Shown: positions 31,659 to 47,851 of the stretch, in pieces
How the letters are laid out: each line of letters opens with the position of its first letter
How positions within the stretch are numbered: the first letter of the stretch is position 1
Assembly (NCBI RefSeq): GCF_009914755.1
Contig: NC_060927.1
Strand: one strand, 5' to 3'
Length of the DNA stretch: 64,000 nucleotides
DNA from: the human T2T-CHM13v2.0 reference genome, Homo sapiens
Notes under the pieces: model-generated
What the model was told of the DNA's origin: nothing
The model's input: only the letters and a program-made list of their open reading frames with translations
The model's database searches: none
Program-made: the position numbers and the translations under genes

Positions 31659-31961
31659 GACCGGGCATGGTGATTCATGTGTGTAATCCCAACACTTTGG
31701 AAGGCCAGAGTGGGCAGATCACTTGAAGCCAGAAGTTCAAGACCACCCTGGGCAACATGGCAAAACCCTGTCTCTACTAAAAATGAAACAATTAGCCAGG
31801 CGTGGTGGCATGTGCCTGTAGTTCCAGCTACTCAGGAGGTTGAAGTGGGAGGATTGCTTGAGCCCGGGAGGCAGAGGTTGCACTGAGTTGAGATTACACC
31901 ACTGCACTCCAGCCTGGGCAACAGAGTGAGACCCTGTCTCAAAACAAACAAACAAAAAAAA
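31659..31961 (+). mobile_element. AluJ-like
   Basis: Right arm carries GGAGGATTGCTTGAGCCC and GAGACCCTGTCTC (J-type features). Confidence 0.9.
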
Positions 31962-31966
31962 GGAGT

Positions 31967-34200
31967 GTCTTCAGATACACTGGTCTCTCTTCCCAGAACA
32001 TTTTCCTTCCCTAATGGCTAGGTCCTTATTATTCTCCAGGGCCCCATATTCTTCAGTTTATCTATAAATTTAGAGACACTTCCCTGCCCATTTAATTCAA
32101 TACAGTTTTTCCTAGTTATTTTCTCTCATGGCAAACTTTTCACATTTAGTAATTACCTTCAAACAACTTACCACAATTAGTAATTATGTTTCTATTTGCT
32201 TATTTTCTATCCTTTCAACTAGACTACAACATGAATGACAACAGGAACCATATGCATTTAAAAAAAAATTTGCTTAAGCTTAGTGGCAAGAAGCATATGC
32301 ATTTTGTTCACCCTATATTCAGAATCTAGAGTAATGCCTGGAACATAATAGTAAAATCCATAGAAAGAATAGATATGACAAGACAATGACAAGAGTTTTA
32401 GATTTGTATGTAGTTATATCTGTCAGTCCTTTCTTTGGTGATTTTCATGTTTTGGCTACACTGAGGAACGCCTTTCCCAGATTATTTTAAAAGTCTCCAA
32501 TAATTTCTTCTCATACTTATATAATTACATATTCTACAGCAAAATTTGTAAGGCACATGAAATGTATGTTCATGTGTGAGAGGAAGCAGATTCATAACTC
32601 TTTTTTCAAAACAAATAGCAATAGACCATTCATTAAATAGTTTATCTCTCTCTTTTGATTTGAAATGCATTCTTTTTATAATAAATTCTCACACATGGAA
32701 AGATATGCTTCTGGATGTCTGGTGTTTCGTTGATTTATTTATCTTTACAAAAGTGCCACACTGTTTTGAGTAGCATAGCTTTTTAGTATGGTAGGGCAAA
32801 ACATACTACCACCACCATCACAACTATTCTGTCTAGTATCACACACTTTCACCTCCAAATGAACTTTGGAATTGAGTCGTCAAGTTTTTTTTAAAGAGCC
32901 CTAGGCATTTTCACTGAAAGTTTCTTGAATATACAGAATAATTTAAGAACTGAAACTTTTATCATATTGTCTTCCTACCCAGAAATATCTAAATGTCTCC
33001 ATTTGTTCAGATCTTCTTTTATGTAATTAATTCTTAATATACTTGCACATGACCAGATTCAGAGCATTTCTATAACCCCAGAATTAGAAGAAACCTCCAA
33101 GATTGCCCCGACTACAAAATGTACATCAGCAACATGCAGTGCTTTTACACTTCCACTGATTAGGTACTCACTACCTCCTAAGGAAATACATTTTCCCACA
33201 ATAGATAATGAAATAGATAATGACTTGGATAATGAAATAAGTCACATAGGGAAAATATCAGAGAGGTTCTGTAATTGTCCTATTTCATAATTTCCTTATC
33301 TACACAAAATGCTTTTTTAGTGATGATTATCTTGATCAGTATGTATAAAAATTTTTAAATGTGTACAGTTCACAAGGCTGTATCAGATTGTTGGCTGTTC
33401 TGTTGAGCACTGTTAATTAAGGAGATGGATGTAAGTCTTTATAAAGGGACATTAACCTCACAGTCAAATATTATGCAATATTTCTGAAATCATTGTTACT
33501 TTTTTCAGTGTTTTCATCATTGTTCCTGGCACATAGTAATCTCTTGATTAATACTCACTGAATTAATGAATTAATGAATGGATCATTCTTATGGATTTAT
33601 TTCTCCTAATAACAGAGAGACATAACTACATTAAAACAAATTTTCTAATGCAGAGGAACAGTAAAGACCTCTCTAATTACAGATTTTCAATATCCTTTTC
33701 TGGGAAATACACATTCACAATTTGTTTTTGCCCATGATAACCACTGCCTTGTAAAAAAAAATTATGTAATTTACTTAATATTTTTAAAGATATGTATGTA
33801 TATTATTATATAATTAACCTGGGTACAGGGGTGTGTGTGTGTGTGTGTGTGTGTGTAATTAATTTCTGTAGATGAGTGACTTGAAACAAAAGCTAACAAT
33901 TTTCTGTGACTATTTCCTACAACCCAAGACAATGAAGAAAAGACTCTTTATATCAAAGTATTCTTACATATAAGTAAAATAGTCCTAAAAATCAAAGGAA
34001 ATCACTAAACCAATACTTTAAGAAGCTTTGATATTCAGAGGTCCACACTTTTACTAGTGAAAAAAACACACTTTACTGATTTTATTCATTTACTCTGATC
34101 CAGTAGATGGTGCTACATGTCTGTATATGTAAAGTATCACAGTGCCTTTTTTCTCTCTCTCTTTTTTTTTCCTTTCTTTCTTTTTTTCTTTTTTCTTTTG
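31967..34200 (+). repeat. ~2.2-kb direct duplicate, copy 2
   Basis: Collinear with 12290-14540, with the same (GT)n at ~33831-33856. Confidence 0.95.
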
Positions 34201-37200
34201 ACCCAGAACTCTCATCAACGTCTACTATTATAATGAAGATCATTATTCCTGACATCTGAGCCAAATCTTTGGGTGCAGCTTTAAAGATGTACTTAAGAAG
34301 AAAACCCCCTAGAAATAATTTTGGACCAGATACCAACCTAACAATTTATTAACATTTTTCCCCTCAGTTCGTTTTTACTTTAAAATGACAAATCTTTGAC
34401 CCCACACAGAACTCTCTGTCAATCCATGAAAAACATCTAGATGCAAAATCATAATCCCTCTTATTCTTCTAAACACTGCTAGTTGCTATTGTTTTAAAGC
34501 AATCAAAATAATGATAATAATTAATAATGAAAGTTCAAATTCAGGATCGTAATGGATAAATCAGCTTGTTACTCAAGTTATAAACTTAGATATATAAAAA
34601 TTTATAAATGAAGTTTTTGTTGAATCAGTGATTAATCTAGTCACATAAATTAATGTTTCTTTATGGATCATAAAAAACAGAAAGCTTTAGAAAAGCAGGG
34701 ATGATATTTTAAGTGTCAGCACAAATAACCCATATCACCCTGCAACCTACAAACAATTAATTTATGTTTCCTATTTACTCTAAACACAACTAAACTTGAC
34801 ATATAATCTGAATCAGAAGTTATCCATTTTTTGCCTCTTTTGAGTTTGATTTAGTGATGATGAGAGCTATGGTCACTAATCAGTGCTATAGATAATACAG
34901 GTATTCATAATCTGCTGACACAAGGCTTAATAAAATGGCTTTAGTTGATGAACTATACCCCTTTAAGGGTTAAATTCTAATACAAATATAGAAAAATCAG
35001 AAGTAACCTTTCAGATGACTTATCATTTATGCTTTCCTTCATTCATATCTCCATTAACTCTTTTACCTATCTTTGAACAAACTCAAGGAAACAGGATAGA
35101 ATCGGTTACTCCTAGGTACGTTACACAAAATAGAAAAGCACATGATCTTTATCGAGAGAATGACAACTTAATGAAAAAGACCAAAAATATATATAATAAA
35201 AATGATCAATTATAATATAGGCAAGGTGGATAATATAAATCAACTTAAATATCTCTTGGTAGATGAGGTCAGAGTAGGGTGCTGCTAACACCTCCTTTGT
35301 ATAACTAGCCTAACTAGAGGTGATAACATTGACCGAACGACTAGATGAGCCGTAAAGGGATAGAACTTCCTAAGGGAAGTAGCTTCTAAATTCTTACTTT
35401 TTTGAGATATGATAATTGTCATAAGTAAAGTTCTTCATTTATAAAAGAAACATTGCATTTGTTCAGACAGGATCTAAGCCCTTAAGTTACAACACTGAAA
35501 AAAATGATTATCCTTTCCTTGAGTTTACTATCAAGTGGAGAACTGACCACAGAAGCTGCCTGCTATCTGGACTCCTGACCTCCATAATTGATTTCTCTAA
35601 TATCATCTCCATACCTCTGCCAAAGTGATTTTCCAAACCTCAACTCTGAGTACATCACCCCTTCCCCATGAACACTCCTCCATGGCTCTCCATGACCCCC
35701 TCTAACATGGCATATAAGGCCTTCCTGAACTGGCCCCTCCTTCTTCCCCAGCCTTACCTTTCACTCACCTTCACCTTAACACTACAATTTCTAGCCCGAC
35801 TAAATTTTTTTCCCTCAAGTTCTCTCTCACTTCAGTCTTTCACATGTCTGTTCCCTCTGCCTGGGTACTCTTTTCACATTTGCCCAGCTAATCCCAACCT
35901 TCTCTAACCTATATGTGCCCCCCTAACACCATATTTTTGCTATCATGGCACAGTCCTGCCTCCTTGAGTTTGTTATACTTTTTATTTCTCCTGGTCTTCT
36001 ATTATTCTAAAAGCAACATAAGTCAGAGAGCATCCGCCTTATTTAGCACTGGCTCCCTAGCGCTAGGTACACAGTAGACATTCATGCGTTCATTGTATTA
36101 ACAGTCATTGAGCACCAAATATGTGACATGCTCTCAGTAGAGAGTGATAGGGACATGTATCTGTGAACAAAGAAGACTCGAATGTTGCCTTCCAGAACTT
36201 TTGTTAAATTAACAAGAGCAGACCAAGTGCACACAGTACAGCAAGGCTGTCAGGACTCATCAAGGCAAGCATTTCTATGTCTCCAGGTGGGAGGGCAGCA
36301 GGGGCAGAGGAGCCACCCAGGAAGAAAAGCCTCTTACCTGAAGCTTTTAAGATAGGGATACAAAGGTTCCCATAAAAAGTTGGGTGAAAGTGCATTCCAC
36401 GTGGTGGGAATAACAATAAAAAGACAATAATGTAGAAACTCCTGAGTTTGGCTGGGAGAGTACAAGGAACTACTTGTAATTAGTGGAGAAATACCAGTAG
36501 TTTAACACTGCTGGTCATAGGGTGACTTTTGTGGAGTAACATTTGCCTGGGAGAATGACATGACATAAGGCAGGACGAGTTGAAAGATACCAGATCACAA
36601 AAATATTTTCTTGTAGACAATAAGCATAAATTGAATAATTTTAAGTGGGCAAGATGAGAGGAAAGGAGAATATGAAATAGGGGAAGAGAAAAGAGGCAGA
36701 AAGTAAGACTTGTGACTATTTTAAAGGGGGGCCAACCAAGAGGATGCTTTTCTCATTGTGTGAGAACTATCAGGGACCAGGGGATTTGGGGTGAAAAAAC
36801 TAACCCCCAAATCTACCAGCAATATTGTGCCACAAGTAGCAAAGTTTTCAAAACCTCTTTAAGATCACCTTATAAAGTGTAAATATGTTTTTGCCTAACT
36901 TTTCAAATGCGTATATATTCTCCAACATTCCTAACAACCACACTCCTTAAGGCATCAGAGTATATATTAACACCTACGAGTGCCTGTATGTTTGTAAACA
37001 TCAGCTAATTATCCGGGGTCCACGGGAAGACCAGGCCTCAGCACAGGAAATAAAGAAAAAAGGGCAGGAATTCTATGCCCCGTGTCTTATGCTGCACTAG
37101 CTGTTAGTAAAAGAAATATTGGCAATGACTTTCTTTGCTTTCAGTGTTGCTCTTCAAAATTACACTATCTTTCATTTCCTTCCTTGCTCTTTCTTGAACT

Positions 37201-39551
37201 TTTTTCATGTTCTTTACAATGAGCATGAACTACTCTTATAATTGAAAGAAAAATACTTTCTAACAACGATATGCCAAAAAAAAAAGATCCTTGGTGTAAC
37301 AAGGAGTAGTGAAAACAGCAAACAAAAAACATACCCACCGTGTAACCACTGTATAGAAAAATGCGGGGTAAAGATATAAGGAAATGTGTGTCTGTCATGA
37401 TACTGTACACACCATCCATGTGAGCACAGCACAAAAACAAGGCTGGTATGAGGCTTCAGCTTGAACTTCCATGCTGCTATATGGAAAAAGCACCCCTCCA
37501 CTGGGCTGAGACACTTGGCTTTCTTATAGCTAAGGCTTTAATTTAAGAGACACTGCAGAGAGGTGGCTGGCTTTTATTCTATGAGCTATAGCTCTGCACA
37601 TAATATATGGGTAAGTTTACTCAAAGCACTTTTTATCAGCTGTCAATCTGTTTCTTAGCTTGCATTTGGCTACATTTCAGGTAGCAAAGGAGAAAGCAGG
37701 GATTAGTCCATGGCTCTTGCCCTGGGGGAATTAATTGTTGCTTGTTACTTTAGTGAATTGTATGTGGAAGTAATTGCTGTTCTTCTGCTATATTCTGTGG
37801 TTTTATTCACATAAATCCTATGTAAAGCTCATTCTGAGTACAATCTAGTCAGTATATTCAAAAGCGGATGAACTGCCTGTATTCATGTACCTAGATAGTT
37901 GGAAGCAGTTATTTGAAAAACTGTCTTATAAATACTATCCCATGTTGACACATTTGTGAAGTTACGTTGACTCCTTCATCCTGGAATCCGGTCAGTGTGT
38001 CTGCCCATGTCCTACCATAGGCTGAGAATTTTATGCTATCAAATTTTTTTCTTCTCTCCACACTCAATGCCAATTTCTTATTATTCCCATATCATTATCT
38101 TACTCCAAACTCCTTTATGAGTGAGTGTCTTAAGTTTCAATGAGGATTTCTGAAGATACAAACTATTCTACCCTTTCTTATTTTCTTTTAACCCTGCCTC
38201 TCACTAAGGTTCATTGAAGGGTAGCTAGTAATGGTAGGGGAGAGACAGAGAAAGAGGAAGAGAAAGAAAGAGAGAGAGATGCACACATTAACCAACAGTT
38301 TTCTTTTATGAACAAGAAAATTGGCCATTTTCCTATTAGCATATGAGGAACCTAAGAATGTCTCTTGTTGTCAAGGCAACAGCTATTCCTTGGGTAGCTG
38401 CAATAGAAAAGAAACCAGAGCAATCTTTATAGGATCAAGTTTTTTTATCATCAAATCATAGAAAGGAAACTTGGGCATCTACCTAGCCTATTCTCCTTCC
38501 TTTAGTTAAGACCCACAAAAATAATGTGAAACCAACACAAAAACAGTCCTATTTTATATGCTTCTGAAGATCTTGCATAGCTTTCCTTGTTAATCATTTG
38601 CAGTGTTTTTCAGGGCATATTGCAAATAAATTTTTTTCAATCATTCTAACTTAAATCTTTCATGCTGCAGCTTGAAATTTGCTTCCTACACTTCCATTCT
38701 CAGTAGAAATAAACCATTGTACACTTTCCTTTCTAAGAATCTTGGCCAAACTTGAGAAAAATAACAAAATTATCTGTCTTAAACTCCTCAAAGTGAACAA
38801 TGCTAGATCCTTTATCTTTCAAACCATTGGTATTGTAGGTCTCCTCTGATGAGTCTTATATTCTGCAAGACCATCTCTAATTAGCGAATCCAGTCTTGCC
38901 TCTTAACTTTCATAGAAAGCTGGCCAGTGGCACCCAAAAAGGACAGAACACCATCTAGTTTCAGTCTGTCTACTCAAGTATCATTGGTAAAGTTTTTATC
39001 TGTGGAATTATGTTCATTGTCAGATGGTTTTAGTTGCTGTTTTGCACAGTATGGCTAATACAACTTTGACTGGTTTGTGCTGACTGGTTTGAGCACAATC
39101 ACTCGTTCCACATCTGGTACTTGGAAAACTGATTTTATTCACAGGACTCTGATACATAGACTATTCTTTTTCCTTGTAAAATCATATTTTCTTGATTCTT
39201 TCTTTCAAGATGAAATTCACTCCTTTCTGAACTCACAGTGACAAGTTTAGTAACCATCCTTTCAGTTCCCCTGTACATGTCTCTGATTAATATATGCTGA
39301 GCACTAGACACAGGAAGGCATCCTGACATTTTTAAAAAGATATCCATATTGGCCGGCCAAGCAGAAAATATTTATCATCCAGAACCAAATATTTCTTTTT
39401 TCTCGCTTGATTTCTTGCGTCATTTTGACCTATTACCTTAGTGCTTCTGCCATAGATGCCATATTTTCTGGTCCTACTTTTCCTCATCTTTGAAATGAAG
39501 AGGCAGCAAACATAGACTAACAGCATTTATTGATCCCTTAGTCTATACTAG

Positions 39552-39879
<328 letters not shown>

Positions 39880-39899
39880 TACACTATGCACTTTTTAAA

Positions 39900-40470
39900 G
39901 CACTTTATATTGTCTCATTTTGGCTTCACAATAATTCTATGAGGTAGATATTTATTGTCATTACCATTTTACAAAAAAAGAAAACTGAAGCTTAGCATGA
40001 TCAAGTAGCTTTCCCAAGATAACACAAATACTGGGTGGTTGAGCCAGACTTTGAGATAAGGTGATCTGATCTCTCATACTCTTAACCACTGTTCCATGGG
40101 GGCAGGAAAATGAGTACTCCACTTACACGCTGCTGTAAGGAATAAAGATTGGTAGAATCTTTCTGGAAGGTAATTTGTTAATATGTTATCAAAGTCTTTT
40201 AAAAGATGCATATCCTTTGCTCCAGTCCTTTTTTTATGTTACAGATATCTATGTTGTATTTGCAGTGTGCCAGTCACTGCTCTAAGTGTTTTTCATATAT
40301 TAAAAAACAAAATAATGACCACAGCATGAGGTAGGTACTAATATCTTCATTTTGTAGAAAACCAAACTGAGGCAATTAGAAGCTAAGTGATTTTCCCAAA
40401 ATCTCACAATTCTTCAGGTGTGAAGCTGAGTTGTAGCTACAGAATCTAAGTGTCCTTAATCACTGCACTA
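39900..40470 (-). mobile_element. MIR remnants (two)
   Basis: MIR core motifs ATGAGGTAG...CCATTTTACA...AAACTGAAGCTTAG and ATGAGGTAGGTACT...AAACTGAGGC. Confidence 0.65.
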
Positions 40471-41484
40471 TCCAGTAGTTTTAATTTTAGAAATCAAGTC
40501 TTGAGAAGTAATTATGTATATACACAAGACATTATCATTATAGCTCTGTTCCTATAATAAAAAAGTGGAAAGAAATGGTTGTAAATTCATATGGCACTCT
40601 ATAACAAATAAATACTTTGTTGTAGAGGAAGCAAGTACTATATTAACATCACACATATGATATATTGATAACAAAAGAGAGTAAATGAAATAATGTTATG
40701 ACATATCTAGTTTTTATTTTAAAAGTAGGCATATATAGGCACAGAAATAAACTAGAAGAATATACAAACAAACTAGAAGAACAACAAAAAGTAAACAGTA
40801 GTCTTTGGGTGATGAGGTGGTAGGTGGTTTTTTTATTGAATATATATTTTTTCTTTTTTCAAATAATTAAAGTATATTTCTAAATAGCAAATCTTAATTT
40901 AAAAGTAATCTAAGGAGGTTGTAATGGAGTATGTCTGGGGTCTTTTAGACAGTGGGGTGGTGCTTACATTGTATATTTATAGGAACAGCAATGCTTTAAC
41001 TTTAACTGGAATCTAATCTCCCTAGTCAATCCTTTGTTGATATCATGCTGGCAAACAAGAAGGATTACCTGGCTTGTTTTAATGCCGATTTTATGTGATC
41101 TGAGTAACTCCTAATGAGAATTTGGAAACTCTTGCCCCAGATCTATCAATATGATAAGCCATTTAACTCCTTTTGCTACATCTCTGCATTCTGTTGATGG
41201 TATTAGTGACTTTAAGATCGAGTAATGGTTAAGTGCCAAGTTCCAGGCATCAGTTCTCTTTGGTTCCATTCCTAAATCCACTACTTAGTTTAGCCATATG
41301 ACCTTGAAGTCTATAGACTTTATTTTCCTCATCAGTATATAGGGGTTTTGAGATAATTAACTGAAATAACATATGTAAAACACTACTATGTAGGGCACTT
41401 AGTAGTTACTCAGTAGATAGATGGTAGCTATTTTTATTAATAGCCTTTGTTATTGTTCAATGTTCATTTTTAAAAGTGCATATG

Positions 41485-41769
<285 letters not shown>

Positions 41770-44700
41770 TTGTGCGTGTGAGATTCTCTAGTAAAAGCTA
41801 CTATGCACTTTTTATGTGATATTCTCAACCGAAGAATTTAAATTTTTCTTTGGCAGAGAGATGAGGAAAAGCAGGCTATCATCTATGAGAGGATCTATTT
41901 AAATTTGTTAAACTGCATGTTTTAAATGATCCCTGTGGTTTTCTAAGGCCAGTTTTCATGATCAATGTGATTAGCATTATCTATTTCAATTAAAAAAATA
42001 ATTTTTATGAAACTATTTCAAATTCATAGTCAATATACACTGATTGTTTTAACTATGCTATAGACTATTTGCTTTTACATGTAGATAAACTCTCAAATCA
42101 AGATGTGGACCCTCACACACCCTAATTATCATCAGAAACTAATGCTATATTGTTTGATGCCTACCAGTTTCCATGGGAAAGGATTATCAGGTTAAATTAT
42201 GTGTCTTATGTGCAAGAAGAATATCAATGAAATACCTTTATCCCATAGCATTCTATGGCTACTTCCAAAAAAGACTTCCATGTTTATATGCCAACATAAG
42301 GAATGATGAATGCACACACACACACCTTATTTTTCAATAAACGAAATTAAGAGGGTAGTATTCACCTCCTAACACTGTCTCCTCTGAGCTCAAAAGAAAC
42401 AGCTCTGGAAAAACTCTAGCTGTCTTTTGCCAATAGAGTTGTCCACCAAAATCTGAACCGGCTTTTCAACTGGGTCTGGTTGTGTGAGGCAAAGCAGGGC
42501 TTGTGTTGTCAGACATCTCTCTACCTCTCCCCATGCTCCACATTAGCTGAGCCTCACTGCCCTTCACCATAATCCTCCCAGGCCTGCTCTCCACGTTGGT
42601 TGAGCCTCACTGCTCCAACAAGTAATGCACTTCCCACACAATGGAGGCATGGCAGGAGCAGTGTGAAGGAAACCAGATAATGCAGTCACAAGCTTGACAG
42701 ACTTGCTCCCTTTCGAGTGGTACATTATGAACTGGCCAAGTGAAACATGAAGGTATTATCCTGTCTTATCTGCTGGTTGAATGGGGTGCAGCCTCCTTCA
42801 TGGTAAGGTTTTTGGCTTGTTGCCAGAGGATTCTCACTTTAGCTGCTTCACATATTCGCCCAGAGTCCTGCCTCTTCACCTCTGTTAACTATTTTGGCTC
42901 TGACTTGCTCCAGAATGAGAAATGAGGACATGTTGGGTCCAGGTGATGACTCTGCCAAACGGGTTTTATGAATCACAGGTCAATTCTGAAGCTGATTTAG
43001 AAACATCTGCCACTGTAAAGTGAGTTTAGGGAACCAGGTTACATTAAAGAGGACTTGGGTTTCCTACACTTATCTGCCTCCACAGAACTGGCTTTAGTCT
43101 TTTCCCAGAGAAATATATTATTTTGGGTCATAATTCCCTATCTGAGAGAGGAGATTGTAAACACATGCACACACACGCACACACACACACACTCTTCAGA
43201 GTCTACATGAAATGGATTCAGGGTTGGGTTTTACAACAAGATTCCAAAGTGAATATGATGCCAAATCTGTAGCTTGAGAATGACTTCCCATAGAATTCCT
43301 AGTCCCAACTAAAGACAAACTCAAGGGCTAAATTTCTAAGTTTATGAGCCTCTCTGATAAAGCAAAAACACCCTTAAAGCCTAAAGTTCCTTTTATAGTT
43401 GGCAATAATTAACAATAAAACATATAGCACTGCTTTTGATAAGACACCCAAAATGGGTGCCTAGTTTTTATTAAACGTTGTAAGTAAACAGCTGAGTCTG
43501 CCAGAACCAAAAGCATAGCCCTTTTTACATAATAATTAATTCTACAAAAGACCAGCACACAGACCATCATCCAGTTATTCCTTGCATGATCCTAAAGAAA
43601 ATTACTTGAGGTAACTAAGGTTTAGTTTCATTATGGGTAAAATGTTATCTCTATCCCATAAAAATTTGCTAAGGATTAAAGGTAGGTAAAGAGCCTAGCC
43701 CAACACCCAACCAGTGTAATGTAGGTACCCAATTTAGGTCAGCTTCCTTCTCTTCCCTATTCCTTTGACTTCTTTGCAAACAACTGGATTGTGTATCACT
43801 GTATCAAGAGATCTTAATCAGATCAGAGAGCAATCAGCATAATAAAAAAAGGTCTGTAAGAGCACAGTCCAATTTACTTATTGGTTCAAATTGCTGAAAT
43901 AGCCCCTGGATTTAAAGGCTCAGGAAAGTAATTAATGCATACCATCCTAGGATTTCAAAGGTGTTTATAGGTAATATTTTATTCAAGTCTATAAAGGCCT
44001 GAAGTTGAAGGCAGCACAGATTCTCATCTTCATTTTACAGGCACTTGAATTTTTTGAGATTGTGTGCTTCCAAGAAAACAACCAATCTGTGACCAAGATG
44101 TAATTAAGACCCATGATTTCTAATTCCCAGGCTTTGACTCCAACCTCTGAAAATGCTTCAATTCAATGAAACTAATGGCACTTTGGTCTCTGGAATTAGA
44201 TCCTGTTATCAATGACTTCCACATGGAAAGATCATTCCAAAATGTGTAATTAACCAAGAAAATGCAAATAAACCAATTTGTACCTGCTATTTAGAGGTAA
44301 GACACAGAAATGGCTTGAGTTTATTATTTGAAAACCTAACCTTTTTCCGCTTTGAATGTAGCTCATGTTCTCTAGTTCACATAGTTTTTTTGCAAAATTT
44401 ACATTTTCAGTGAAATATTTTAATCATTTGTGATTCTGTTATCAGTGCAGAGTTTAGAATGGAGAGAGAAATATATGTCATTGGGCACAATGTGAAAACA
44501 CAAAGGTCTTTCAATGACCTTTCACAATTCAACTCAATAAATATTTTTCAAAACTCGACTCTTTACCAGGCTTTATGCTAAGTAGGGTAGGAGTCAAGCT
44601 TTCAGCCTAGCACAGTCGGAAATACAGTAACATTTGGCCAGCATTACTGAATGAATGAACCTAGTAGAATGATTAAATACTTATGTATACCTTCTAAAAA

Positions 44701-46702
44701 GCAGACAGTAATCAGTGTAATAAAAGAGGTCTATAACGACACAGTCCAGAAAGGCAACCTAGTGAAAGAAATATTTAAGCAGGACCTGGAAGACAATTTC
44801 TTTCAAGTGACAGAGGCTCAATTCAAAGTAGTTTAAGAGAAAAAAACAAAACAGAGATTATGGGTTGGCACTGTTGGAACATGGCCTGGAACACCCAGAC
44901 TCTCTTAGTCTCTGACTCCTTAGCCTATCTCTCTGATTCTCCTTAGTCACGAAGCATGTTGGCCTCATTTTCTCCTACTGCATGTGAGCTTTCTCCTTCT
45001 GTTTGCTGGCAGAACATGTTTACTGGCAGCTTTGGGCTAACATAATTCCAAATTAATGACTCAGAAGGAAAGAGTAACTCTCGCCTAACTTCAATATAGG
45101 AAGGACTCCACTTGGCACATTTGGTTACTTACTTATCCTTGGACCAATCATTGCGGCTGCAAAACTGATGACTTGCTTGGTGTGGGTCATGTCACCAGAA
45201 TTGAGTCGCTGCTGTGATGACAAGCCTTCCAAAAACACATTTTTGCAGTGAGAATAAAACAGGTTCTTAACAAAAGAGGGGTTCTGGATAAACAAAAAGA
45301 ATGAATTCCATTGCACCCTACAAGACAGACTGGCCACTGTTAAGCTGACATGGAGAAAAAGGCCACTCTAAGCGGGGACAAGAGTCTGAGTAAACAAGAA
45401 GAGGGGAAAAGTGTTTATTAAAGGAACGGATGGTATTGGTTAAACACAGCAGGAAAGGATGGAGGGTTGGTTGGGGTCAGATAGATGTGCATATTTGAGC
45501 TCTATGAAGAAATTGGCCAGGTGTTCTCTGAGCAATGTATAGGTTTTTAAGGTTTTGAGAGTCACACAATATACTTTCTGTTTTATAAAGGTAACTGTGA
45601 TTATATTGTGGAGTATATACTGGACAGAAATGCTGAAAGTCAGGAATTGAGTAGGAAAGGTATGTCAGGCATGGATTTTTTTTGTTGTTTTGTTTGATTT
45701 TGTCTGAAAGCATTAATTTCTTGGGAAGAACTTCTCCTCTGCTTTGTCACAGCGTCCCACATAACCACAAGGCAGGGCCAATGTTGAGCTGTATTTTCTG
45801 GGACACAGTGATTAGTTCATGGGTAAGCACATAACTCAAGCAGGACCAATCTGTGTCCCTTCTAAGGTTTAATACCTGAATCCTTTCAGACAGCATTCTC
45901 CAAGAATGTAGACTAAGTTTCCAGTAGCCATCTTGCCATTACATTGAAGCCAACACATGAGAAAAATCAAGATGAAAGGAAGAAAAGAGGCAGAACTCTA
46001 TTGACATTGCTTCAGCCCTGGATTGAAAGTGTCTTGAAATTCTCAATTACATGTGTCAATATTATCCTCCTTTTGTTCAAGCTCATTCAAACTCCATCTC
46101 TTTCATTCAGTGACTAAAAAAAGTCCTGACTTAAAAGAAAAGGCACTTGCCATTTATTGAACACTTATTGTATACAAGGCATGGTGTTGGGTACTTTATG
46201 CCCATTATCATACTAAATCTTTATAATAACCTTGAAATGTAGATATTATGATCTTCCATTTTACAGAGGGAAAATCCTTGAGTCAAATAAGTAACTCCCC
46301 AAAATTTAGTTAGTTGTTAAAAGTTGGAAATGACATTCTAAAGTTTTGTTCAACTCCAAAGTTTATGTTCTTTCCACTTTACTGTCTCTATGCTACATTG
46401 CTTCAGTATCATTAGAAATCAATATTCCAGGTGAGAAATAATAAAAGCCTGAACTAAGGTATGGCAGTGAGGACAAGAAGAAAAGACAAAATCAAGAGAT
46501 ATTTAAGAAAGAAAATCTAGTGATTCTAGATTCCTGTTGATTTTATCAATGAATTTTAAATATTGAGGAACAGTTAGAAATCTAAGAAAATTCTGAAATC
46601 AGGTTAACTTAAGTAAGTATAGGAAGAAACATGGCTGGAAGGAACAAATCATGTTTCATTTGAAGTGCTTGTTGAATATCCAAGTGGAGCCATCCAGCTG
46701 GG

Positions 46703-47030
46703 GTTTTTTGTTTATTTGTTTGTTTTTTTAGAGAAAGGGTCTCATTCGGTCACCCAGGCAGGAGTGCAGTGGCTCGATCATAGCTCACAGCAGCCTCAAA
46801 TTTGGGGGCTTAAGTGATACTCCTGTCTCAGCCCACCAAGTAGCTGGGATTACAGGCACACAGCATCATGCCTGGCTAATTCTTGGGGCTTTTCTTTGCA
46901 CAGATGGGGTCTCACTGTGTTGCCCAGGCTGGTCTCAAACACCTGGCCTCAAGTATCCCGAAAGCTGGTCTCAAACTCCCTCTTCAGTATCCCAAAGAGC
47001 TGGGATTACAGAAATAAGCCAACACACCTG
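46703..47030 (-). mobile_element. AluJ (diverged, small internal duplication)
   Basis: Antisense Alu. GCTGGTCTCAAAC occurs twice (~46928 and ~46964). Confidence 0.85.
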
Positions 47031-47363
47031 AGAAGTGGGTTGTTAAGAACACAGTTCATTTTGCAGGGATGCTCTGGGGGATTAAAAAAAAAAATTAAAA
47101 AATAAAAAAAGAATACAGTTCTGCTGATCTGTAGGAGGGCCATAATAAATATATAGGCTTGAAAGTAATATATCTATACCAGTGTTTACAGCCTCCACAG
47201 TGGATGAGATTGTTCACAGACAGCCCATAGAGTGAGAAGTAAAAGATGGTGGAAAACGGACTCTCTGTAGTCTAAAACATCAGCATTTAAAGAGTAGGCC
47301 TTTGTTCATGATAATCCCTCAACCTGGAGTGGTCTTTTTCCTTCATCTATCTTATGAATGTAT

Positions 47364-47851
47364 TGCTGGGGATAGGCCCCCAAATCTGGCCATAAACTGG
47401 CCCCAAAACTGGCCATAAACAAAATCTCTGCAGCACTGTGACATGTTCGTGATGCCCATGATGCCCATGCTGAAGGTTGTGGGTTTACCGGAATGAGGGC
47501 AAGGAACACCTGGCCCACTCAGGGCAGAAAACCGCTTAAAGGCGTTCCTGAACCACAAATAATAGCATGAGCGATCTGTGCCTTAAGGACATGTTCCTGC
47601 TGCAGATAACTAGCCAGAGCCCATCCGTATGTTTCCCGTAAGGAATACTTTTAATCTATAATCTATAGAAACAATGCTTATCACTGGCTTGCTGTCAATA
47701 AATATGTGGGCAAATCTCTGTTCGAGGCTCTCAGCTCTGAAGGCTGTGAGACCCCTGATTTCCCACTCCACACCATATATTTCTGTGTGGGTGTCTTTAA
47801 TTCCTCTAGTGCTGCTGGCCTAGGGTCTCCACAACCAGGCTGGTCTTGGCA
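47364..47851 (+). mobile_element. MER9 solo LTR (HERV-K HML-3 / HERVK9)
   Basis: CCCCCAAATCTGGCCATAAACTGGCCCCAAAACTGGCCATAAAC start, TG..CA ends and AATAAA. Perfect 6-bp TSD ATGTAT at 47358-47363 and 47852-47857. Confidence 0.9.
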
